A stretch of 64,000 nt of DNA from a virus. Below, piece by piece: positions 1 through 7,562 of the stretch; position 1 is the first letter of the stretch, and each line of letters starts with the position of its first letter. The position numbers and the translations under genes are program-made. The notes beneath the pieces were generated by a model. That model did no database searches. It saw only the letters and a program-made list of their open reading frames with translations, and was not told where the DNA came from. The stretch is taken from IMG/VR virus record IMGVR_UViG_3300050343_000110. One strand, written 5' to 3'.

Positions 1-23
1 TGTTATTGACCGACTGACCAGAA

Positions 24-52
24 ATTATACCACACTTTTTCATATTTGTCAA
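24..52 (-). promoter_or_regulatory. sigma70-type early promoter, leftward
   Basis: Minus strand TTGACA (52-47), 17 bp spacer, TGG-TATAAT (29-24): perfect consensus with extended -10. Confidence 0.8.
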
Positions 53-174
53 TAGCCGAATCGGGCCGAATCACTAATTATTTTCATCTTTTTTGTCAAG
101 AGTTTTCTGAAATTTCTCTGAGAACCCTCTGTAAGCCATTGATTTTACTAGCGAATTTAATGCCAAATTAGGCC

Positions 175-203
175 TTGACTTGCTCTGAGAACAATGGTAT
201 AAT
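175..203 (+). promoter_or_regulatory. sigma70-type early promoter
   Basis: TTGACT-17bp-TATAAT with TG extension, followed by AAGGAG RBS and ATG at 236. Confidence 0.85.
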
Positions 204-235
204 AGCTATATAATCAGAGAGTAAGGAGAGTTCAC

Positions 236-649
236 ATGGCATACATTTCAACCCCAGAGGTAGCAGCGATTCGGAAACAACTGAAGGAGCAGCTTCCACA
301 GTATAAGTTCTCTGTAAAGAAGGATCATCATTCTTCTGTTACGGTTGCTTTTATGAAAGGGCCTGCTTGGAAAGAGTTCCAGACTCGTGATAGGTACACT
401 GGTGAGTACAGTGAAGCTACTATGGATGGCCATGAACAGTTGAACCATCGCTGGGCAAATGACTTCTATGGTGAGGAGAATGGTGCTATCATTCAGAAGG
501 TAGAGAAGATTATCAAGACTGCTCCCTTTATGGAAGGTGTTGGAGATATGTGGTTTGATGAGTCCGATTCGCAAAGTGACTACTTTCACACTGCATATTA
601 CATGAGTATTCACATTGGTAAATGGGATAAGGATTATCAGGTAGTCTGA
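236..649 (+). CDS. hypothetical early protein, LPD29-like
   Basis: ORF with RBS; IRKQLKEQLPQYKFSV and DSQSDYFH motifs resemble LPD29-type phage proteins (recognition only). Confidence 0.6.
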   Translation: MAYISTPEVAAIRKQLKEQLPQYKFSVKKDHHSSVTVAFMKGPAWKEFQTRDRYTGEYSEATMDGHEQLNHRWANDFYGEENGAIIQKVEKIIKTAPFMEGVGDMWFDESDSQSDYFHTAYYMSIHIGKWDKDYQVV

Positions 650-712
650 AGCCCTTGCTGGTCAACGGTTACAGGGCAGCCAAATTAATTTAAATTATTT
701 TAGCGAAAGCCC

Positions 713-741
713 TTGACAAGCTGTTGACAGCCTGGTAACAT
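713..741 (+). promoter_or_regulatory. sigma70-type early promoter with tandem TTGACA
   Basis: TTGACA(713)-17bp-TAACAT with TG extension; second TTGACA at 724. Confidence 0.7.
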
Positions 742-774
742 AGCTATGTTGATAATGAGAAAGGATAAGAGTTT

Positions 775-1033
775 ATGAGTTATTCAAATTTAATTGCTGA
801 GTTGTCTACGAGTGTTGATTCAAGGTATCTTTACTTCTAAGAGATATCTAACATCAACCATGAAGAGATGCACTACGGCCCAGAGAACAAGAAGGACTGT
901 CCATGTGATACCTGTCCTATGATGCAACAGTGTCTAGAGAATGTCACTGAGTGTTCTGCCATGAGGAATTGGTGTTCTAAGGGAGACTTCGCTGAGAAGG
1001 ACTCTGATGAGGTTAGTTAGGGGTGCTGCATAA
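775..1033 (+). CDS. small Cys-rich hypothetical protein (frameshifted)
   Basis: RBS AAGGA plus ATG 775; downstream frame reads CPCDTCPMMQQCLENVTECSAMRNWC; indels break the frame. Confidence 0.5.
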
Positions 1034-1038
1034 AGGTA

Positions 1039-1067
1039 TTGACAAACCGCTGTGATTGTGGTAGTAT
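1039..1067 (+). promoter_or_regulatory. sigma70-type early promoter
   Basis: TTGACA-17bp-TAGTAT with TG extension; overlapping TATAAT at 1065. Confidence 0.75.
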
Positions 1068-1153
1068 AATAGGGTAAGTGATTCGGCTGTACCCCTAAAG
1101 CTGAGAAACAGTTTGTAATCTATAAATGCAATAAAGATACGGAGATAAATCTA

Positions 1154-1312
1154 ATGAGAGTAAAAGAGTTGATAATGAGAAAGTTGGTTGATGATATGTA
1201 TTGGGAGTATGATAGAATGTCATCCTCTGGACAAGAAACCTTAGATAAGATTGCTGATATGCTTGGCCTTCCTACTGAGAGTGAAATGAATGAGGAGATT
1301 GCAAATGACTAA
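1154..1312 (+). CDS. hypothetical protein, 52 aa
   Basis: GGAG RBS; MRVKELIMRKLVDDMYWEYDRMSSSGQETLDK...; below the ORF-track cutoff. Confidence 0.7.
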   Translation: MRVKELIMRKLVDDMYWEYDRMSSSGQETLDKIADMLGLPTESEMNEEIAND

Positions 1313-1653
1313 AGAGTTTACTGACACTGAGATTGCTGCTCTGAATAAAGAGTTCAAGACTGCGAATGCATTTACACAATGGAAGTTTATGCAGACACCA
1401 GAGTATCAGAGATTACCTCTCGCAGTACGTTGTACTATTGAGAAGAATTGTCTGACACATTACTTTAACATCCTTACTGATGGTATGCCTGATTGGAAGT
1501 TACCTATCTCTGGTACTATTCCTATTTCATTATTGAATCCTTTCCGTAAGGCTGTGGAATACTTTCACTGGCACTGAGTTGAATGTAATGGAACAGGATG
1601 ATACCAACTTCAAAGTATTCGCACGAGGTTATTACCTAATGGGTACTGACTAA
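1305..1653 (+). CDS. hypothetical protein (frameshift near 1570)
   Basis: GAGGAG RBS before ATG 1305; coding-like continuation to TAA 1653. Confidence 0.6.
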
Positions 1654-1776
1654 AAGAATGTGGGTGTTCTTCTTTTATTTTATTTGCACATACATTGTTA
1701 TGTTTCTCCTCTTGATGCAATGGAATAAAGAAGAGCCCCACTCCCCCCAAAGCTCACACGATAAGGATTAACATTC

Positions 1777-2061
1777 ATGGACAAGAAAACAGAAACCCTT
1801 GTGATACTCATGGAAGAGTGTGGGGAAGTGATTCAGGAATGTAGTAAGATACTACGGTTCGGCAATGGTGATGAGGGTATGACGAATAGGTTACATAAGG
1901 AACTAGGAGATTTAATCTGCATGATAAAACTCACAGAGGATAATCTCAACCTTGACTTTAATAAAACCTTTGAGTATAGTACCGATAAGTATAATAAGTT
2001 AAGAAGCTGGTCAAATCTGGTCGGAAACTCTGAGAGGAAGTATCATGGAAGAACTGTATAA
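1777..2061 (+). CDS. MazG-like NTP pyrophosphohydrolase
   Basis: EECGEVIQ...KELGDL motif of the all-alpha NTP-PPase family. Confidence 0.75.
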   Translation: MDKKTETLVILMEECGEVIQECSKILRFGNGDEGMTNRLHKELGDLICMIKLTEDNLNLDFNKTFEYSTDKYNKLRSWSNLVGNSERKYHGRTV

Positions 2062-2266
2062 TCAACTGTGTAGATTCGATTGGTGGTATGAATACTCTGA
2101 TGATTATTCTGTATGGAAACGTGGTAGTGATAAGGAGAGGGAGTTAGGACATCTCGCCGAATCACTTGGCGAATCAGGTAAGGCGATGTACTCCAAGTTT
2201 CGTTATGAGTACTCTAGTGGTAAGTGTGAACTACCACAACTGTCTGATTTTACTGAAGAAAATTAA
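2045..2266 (+). CDS. hypothetical protein
   Basis: ORF with GAGG RBS; DWWYEYSDD motif. Confidence 0.7.
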   Translation: MEELYNQLCRFDWWYEYSDDYSVWKRGSDKERELGHLAESLGESGKAMYSKFRYEYSSGKCELPQLSDFTEEN

Positions 2267-2280
2267 TTACAAATAAGCCC

Positions 2281-2309
2281 TTGACATATGCTATAAGAAC
2301 AGGTATACT
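2281..2309 (+). promoter_or_regulatory. sigma70-type early promoter
   Basis: TTGACA-17bp-TATACT. Confidence 0.85.
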
Positions 2310-2340
2310 GTAAGTATAGTTAATAGAGAGAGGAATAAAT

Positions 2341-2610
2341 ATGAAAAAGATATTACTTGCAACAGTGATGACAATGGGTATGGTAACGAATGCGAATGCG
2401 TTTGATATCAACTTTACTCATAATCAAAATATAATGACGGAACATTTTATTGGACAGGTTGTCAAACAATTGTTTCCACATAAGATTGTAACGAACAATG
2501 CGATTGTCTATACAGGTAGTGTTGCAAACAAACACGTTCAGAAACATTGTTATACCAAACTTGTCTATGCAAGTGATGGTACTGCAAGACCTATCGTGGT
2601 GTGTAGATAA
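2341..2610 (+). CDS. putative exported protein
   Basis: MKKILLATVMTMGMVTNANA signal peptide with A-x-A cleavage site. Confidence 0.7.
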   Translation: MKKILLATVMTMGMVTNANAFDINFTHNQNIMTEHFIGQVVKQLFPHKIVTNNAIVYTGSVANKHVQKHCYTKLVYASDGTARPIVVCR

Positions 2611-2750
2611 TGAAGTTTTCTTGGAAGGTGACATATCCAGATGGGGATGTCGAGTTCTGGTATAATACAGTTACAGAAACAATTTCGGAACTGGCCAGAC
2701 TACAGAAGATACATAATAATAAAGTAAGGATAGAACTCCATGATGTTTGA
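2610..2750 (+). CDS. hypothetical protein, 46 aa
   Basis: TAATG coupling to the upstream stop; open frame MKFSWKVTYPDG... Confidence 0.55.
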   Translation: MKFSWKVTYPDGDVEFWYNTVTETISELARLQKIHNNKVRIELHDV

Positions 2751-3045
2751 AGGTGTAACAGAAAAACCTGTATCAGACTTTCTTCTCTTTGAAGATGAAG
2801 AGTTGAAAGGTACAGAGTACCAAGGTGTGATTGAATTCTATAATGGATACGAACTATCTATTGTAAAACATAACTCTTCTTACGGTGGTAAGATGGGTTT
2901 GTTTGAGATTGCATTGTCTAAAGGTGAAAGTCAAATCTGTATGCCTCCTATCACAGCCGAGGGTGATACCGTCAAAGGTTTCCTTACAAAAGATGATGTA
3001 CTTGAAATCATTGAAACAACTAGAGACTTGCCCGGCACTGTCTAA
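2740..3045 (+). CDS. hypothetical phage protein
   Basis: ORF with AAGGA RBS. Confidence 0.7.
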   Translation: MMFEGVTEKPVSDFLLFEDEELKGTEYQGVIEFYNGYELSIVKHNSSYGGKMGLFEIALSKGESQICMPPITAEGDTVKGFLTKDDVLEIIETTRDLPGTV

Positions 3046-3073
3046 CTAACATTCTATAGATTCTCGTTTGCAG

Positions 3074-3081
3074 TATAAATA
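3074..3081 (+). promoter_or_regulatory. T4-type late promoter TATAAATA
   Basis: Exact gp55 consensus upstream of gp5; further exact intergenic copies at 5180, 10732, 22024, 34029, 37966, 40391, 48400, 53948, 55231, 56650, 57253. Confidence 0.85.
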
Positions 3082-3099
3082 CTACAAAGAGGATTTTGA

Positions 3100-4375
3100 A
3101 TGAATAATATGTTTTCATACTTTATGGGGAAGGATGGCTTCCATTGGTTTATCGGTGTCTGTGAGGACAGAGATGATCCAGATAGTTTAGGCCGTATTCG
3201 TGTTCGTGTCTTTGGTACACACACTGATGATTTAATTAAACTCCCCACACAAGACTTGCCATGGGCGCACGTTGTCATGCCACCTACATCACAGGTTGGC
3301 GCATTCCATAATATTAAACCAAGCGACTGGGTATTCGGTTTCTGGCGTGACCCCTGATTTCTTTCAGCAACCTGTAGTCATGGGTGTCATGCCTGGCATC
3401 CCTGCTAATGAATCTGATGCAACAAAAGGATTCAATGACCCTAACTCACCAGATGCTCCAGACACACAGGATGAGAAGTATAAGAAAGATCCAGACTTTG
3501 GGCCTTACCCAATAAAAGATTTGGTTGGTAAAGCAGATACGTCACGATTGACTTCTGGTTTACTTGATGCTCATCCAGAGATTGAAGCACGAGACAAAGA
3601 AGTTACGGAAGGTGTTCCTACTGCAAACCAGAGAAAGATTTTAGGTGACGCAGACTTTACGGTTGATGTTGCATCCAACTGGACTGACAAACTAGCAACC
3701 AATACAGACTTAACTGCAACGTCTTGGAAAGAACCAAAGACTACGGATGACTCCATTCGTGGTGAAGATGCGTCAGGTAAAAATCCTGAGACACAAGAAG
3801 ATAGAGAGCCTCCATACAAAAGACGGAACACAGAGTATCCCTATAACCATGTAAGGGAAACTGAAAGTGGTCACATACAGGAGTTTGACGATACACCATT
3901 TGCAGAGCGTATCTATGAGAAGCATAGAAGCGGAACATACTATGAGATTGATGCTGACGGAAACAAGGTAACACGAGTTGTCGGACAGAACTATCACATT
4001 GTTGCTGGTAACAACTTTGTTAATATCAAGGGTGACGTAAACCTTACGATTGATTCAAACTGCAAGACTTATATCAAAGGTGACTGGGATATTCAAGTTG
4101 ACGGTAACAAGACGGAAGTTGTCAAGAAGAATGTTACGGAAACATACGGTACAGAAAATGGAGCTCATGCACATACTATAAGTGTTACAGGTAAAAGAGC
4201 AGAGACAGTAACCAATACTGTTACGGAAACATATCAAGACGCAAAGACGGAAGAAGTCACTGGACTTGTTTCCGAAACATATAAAGCAAATCAAACAACA
4301 AACATAACAGGTACACTGGACTTGGATGCATCTACGGAAATAGATGCTGACGCTGGTGTAATCAATCTGAACTAA
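3100..4375 (+). CDS. gp5: baseplate hub/central spike gp5-like, no lysozyme domain (frameshift ~3352)
   Basis: WFIGVCEDRDDPDSLGRIRVR OB-fold; YPYNHVRETESGHIQEFDDT; C-terminal beta-helix repeats. Confidence 0.9.
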
Positions 4376-4764
4376 TGCCTGGCGTAGTAAGAATAGGGGA
4401 TGCTCACATTGGACACGCTTCTCCCACACCAAGTCCATTTCACCAAACCACATATGCAACTGGTTCTGGTAATGTTTTAGTAAATGGTAGGGGAGCAGTA
4501 AGGATAGGTGACATTACATCTTGTACTGATCCAGCCGTGGGTTCTAGTCCTGATGTATTTGTAAACGGAATACTAGTTCATCGTTTAGGTGACGCAACTG
4601 GCGGACATGGTTCATGGGTGCCAAATGCTTCTGCATCATCATCGTCAAATGTTTTTGCGAATGGTGGTAGTGGGGGCGGAACACCAGCAGACCCATCAAA
4701 GGCAATTGCACAGAATGGTTCTTGTGTTCAGTATGATTGGAACAATGGAGTCTGTCTAGACTAA
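4375..4764 (+). CDS. PAAR spike tip protein gp5.4 with C-terminal extension
   Basis: VRIGD...GSGNVLVNG...GSSPDVFVNG...HRLGD PAAR repeats; directly after gp5. Confidence 0.9.
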   Translation: MPGVVRIGDAHIGHASPTPSPFHQTTYATGSGNVLVNGRGAVRIGDITSCTDPAVGSSPDVFVNGILVHRLGDATGGHGSWVPNASASSSSNVFANGGSGGGTPADPSKAIAQNGSCVQYDWNNGVCLD

Positions 4765-4776
4765 GGAGATAAAGTA

Positions 4777-5172
4777 ATGCACGAGTATAAGTGTAAGATA
4801 ACAAGAGTGGTTGATGGTGACACAGTAGATGTTGATATCGACTTGGGGTTCGGTGTATGGATGCTCAAACAAAGAATTCGTATGTATGGTATTGACACAC
4901 CAGAATCTAGAACAAGAGATTTAGAAGAGAAGAAGTACGGACTGGCTGCAAAAGACTTTCTTGTGAAGTGGACTAACGCCGGCGGACTTGTTCTCAAAAC
5001 ACACAAGGATGGTAAGGGTAAGTTCGGTAGGATACTTGGTGAGTTGTGGTATGGTGAAGTAAACATCAATGAGAAGATGATTGAAGAACATCACGCAGTA
5101 AGATACATGGGTCAGTCCAAAGAAGATATCGCAGAAGAACATATCAAGAATAGAGCTTTCATTAATCTATAA
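4777..5172 (+). CDS. SNase/thermonuclease-like nuclease
   Basis: RVVDGDT, RIRMYGIDTPE, GKFGRILG motifs. Confidence 0.85.
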   Translation: MHEYKCKITRVVDGDTVDVDIDLGFGVWMLKQRIRMYGIDTPESRTRDLEEKKYGLAAKDFLVKWTNAGGLVLKTHKDGKGKFGRILGELWYGEVNINEKMIEEHHAVRYMGQSKEDIAEEHIKNRAFINL

Positions 5173-5203
5173 GTTTCGTTATAAATACAAATAGGAGAAA
5201 CCT

Positions 5204-5644
5204 ATGACTGCAAACCCAACAGCATTTCGTGATGCAGAGAGAACGAATAGCTCTGATAGAAATGCACAAATATTCAAAGACATTAACCTGTCACTTGCAA
5301 GACATCCTATTACTGGTGACATTGCAACGCTTTCTAATGTTGAGGCAGTCAAACGTAGTGTTCGCAATTTAGTTAATACCAATTTCTATGAGCGTCCTTT
5401 TCATCCAGAGATAGGCTCTAATGTTCGTTCAGTTTTATTTGAACCAGTATCACCAATCGTTGCAACGGTTTTGGAAAGACACGTTAGAGATGTTATTGCA
5501 AACTTTGAACCAAGGGCAGAACTAGTTGATGTTATTGTTTCGGACAATTCTGATGCAAATGAGTACAGAGTACAAATAAAATTCTTTATAGTCAACTCTT
5601 CGGACATTGCAGACATGAACATATTTTTAGAGAGATTAAGATAA
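5204..5644 (+). CDS. gp25: baseplate wedge protein gp25
   Basis: AVKRSVRNLVNT...ERPFHPEIGS...NFEPR. Confidence 0.92.
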   Translation: MTANPTAFRDAERTNSSDRNAQIFKDINLSLARHPITGDIATLSNVEAVKRSVRNLVNTNFYERPFHPEIGSNVRSVLFEPVSPIVATVLERHVRDVIANFEPRAELVDVIVSDNSDANEYRVQIKFFIVNSSDIADMNIFLERLR

Positions 5645-5645
5645 G

Positions 5646-7547
5646 ATGGCAGAGTCAAAATTACAAGTCACCGAATTAGATTTCGATGATATAAAAAATA
5701 ATCTAAAGACATATCTCAAAGGCCAGTCAGAATTTTCTGATTATAATTTTGAAGGTTCAGGGTTGTCTGTTCTAATTGACACCTTAGCATATAATACACA
5801 TTACCTTGGTATGAATGCAAATATGCTTTCAAACGAAATGTTTCTTGACACTGCAACACTTCGTTCATCTGTAGTATCTCATGCAAAGAAACTAAACTAT
5901 ACTCCACGTTCTGCTAGAGCTGCAGAAGCATTCGTCAACGTACAAGTTAATAATAGTAATCTTTCTTCAGTAACAATAGATAAGGGTACAAAGTTTACAA
6001 CTTCAATAAACAATAATACATATGGTTTTGTTGTGAATGAATCAAGGACTGTTCAACCAACGAATGGTGTTCTCAAATTTGAAAACCTACCTATCTATGA
6101 AGGAACATTGGTTAGTGCAAAGTATACCGTTGACTTCAATAATCCAGAAAAGAAATATGTTATTACAAGTGACAGAGCAGATACTACAACTCTAACCGTC
6201 ACCGTTCAAAACTCTTCGTCTGATGCCACTACAGAAGTTTTCAATCTTGCAAAAGATATCTCAACTGTAAACGCTACTGACAAAGTTTATTTTTTACAAG
6301 AAAATGAAGAGGGTAGATTTGAAGTTTATTTCGGTGACAATGTTATTGGTAAGAAACTTATTAACGGAAACATTGTTATACTAGAATACATTGTAACTAA
6401 CAAAACAGAAGCAAATGGTGCAACTACATTCAGTGGTACAGCAATTGGTGGTGTGTCTAACATTACTATAGAAACCATGCAGGCTGCGTCTGGTGGAGCA
6501 GAACCAGAAACTATTGAATCAATTAAGTACTATGCTCCTCTTAATTATTCTGCACAGAGAAGAGCAGTAACCACATCAGATTATAAATCTATTCTACCAG
6601 AGATATATCCAAACGTCAAGTCTGTTCAGGTATGGGGTGGTGAAGATAATGATCCACCAATCTATGGACAAGTGTATATCGCAATCAGTCCATTGTCTGG
6701 AGCAAAACTAACTCAGGCCCAGAAAGAATTTATTGTTACTGGATTGAAACCATTTAACGTAGCATCTGTTCGCCCACAGATTGTTGATCCTGAGACAATT
6801 AATATTATTGTAGATACAAACTTTAGATACAATGCTCTTGCAACAACAAAGACTGCATCTGATTTACAGACAGAAGTTAATACGACAATAACAAATTATT
6901 CTGTAGGGAGTCTTGAGAAGTTTGATAATATGTTTAGATATTCTGAGTTATCACGTTTGATTGATAGCACAGATGAATCCATTCTTTCAAACATCACTAC
7001 TGTTCGTATATACAAATCCTTAACACCACAACTCAATACGTTAACACAATATACAACAAAGTTTTACAATCAATTTTTTAATCCACACGCAGGCCATGGT
7101 TCTGTTTTATCTACTACTGGATTTAAAATTTCTGGTTCAACTGCTGAACAGTTCTTGGATGATGACGGTAGAGGTAATGTTAGAATTTTTAAAGTTGAAT
7201 CTAACCAAAAGGTTTATGCAAACGCAGCAGTAGGAACAATTGATTATACAGAAGGAACTATAATTCTTAATAATCTTACGATTACATCTGCAACAAATAC
7301 TGATGGGCACTCTATTCACATGATTGTTATTCCAGAGTCAAATGATGTTCTCCCTGTAAGAAATCAACTCTTGCAAATAGACATATCCAAAGGAAGTGTT
7401 GGTGCAACATCTGACAATTCTGGCCAGGGCGCATCAACTAGTTCATATTCTCCTGTTGGTGGGGGAACTGTGACAGACACTACCACCACAACAACAAGCA
7501 GTAGTTCTTCATCAAGTTCAAGTTCATCAAGTTCAAGTTCTTACTAA
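5646..7547 (+). CDS. gp6: baseplate wedge protein gp6
   Basis: LDFDDIKNNLK..FSDYNFEGSGLS; RAVTTSDY; VWGGEDN; Ser/Thr-rich tail. Confidence 0.92.
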   Translation: MAESKLQVTELDFDDIKNNLKTYLKGQSEFSDYNFEGSGLSVLIDTLAYNTHYLGMNANMLSNEMFLDTATLRSSVVSHAKKLNYTPRSARAAEAFVNVQVNNSNLSSVTIDKGTKFTTSINNNTYGFVVNESRTVQPTNGVLKFENLPIYEGTLVSAKYTVDFNNPEKKYVITSDRADTTTLTVTVQNSSSDATTEVFNLAKDISTVNATDKVYFLQENEEGRFEVYFGDNVIGKKLINGNIVILEYIVTNKTEANGATTFSGTAIGGVSNITIETMQAASGGAEPETIESIKYYAPLNYSAQRRAVTTSDYKSILPEIYPNVKSVQVWGGEDNDPPIYGQVYIAISPLSGAKLTQAQKEFIVTGLKPFNVASVRPQIVDPETINIIVDTNFRYNALATTKTASDLQTEVNTTITNYSVGSLEKFDNMFRYSELSRLIDSTDESILSNITTVRIYKSLTPQLNTLTQYTTKFYNQFFNPHAGHGSVLSTTGFKISGSTAEQFLDDDGRGNVRIFKVESNQKVYANAAVGTIDYTEGTIILNNLTITSATNTDGHSIHMIVIPESNDVLPVRNQLLQIDISKGSVGATSDNSGQGASTSSYSPVGGGTVTDTTTTTTSSSSSSSSSSSSSSSY

Positions 7548-7562
7548 GATAGGTAATTAAGT

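Noticed and set aside
131-157. TAAGCCATTGATTTTACTAG resembling an integrase/att-type motif
   Set aside because: Single copy with no integrase or partner site in the window.
2658-2666. TGGTATAAT extended -10 element
   Set aside because: Lies inside a small ORF (Trp-Tyr-Asn codons) with no -35 element; cannot be supported.
4160-4180. HAH in gp5 as an iron-binding HxH spike tip
   Set aside because: Internal to the beta-helix rather than at the apex, and a separate PAAR tip protein is present.
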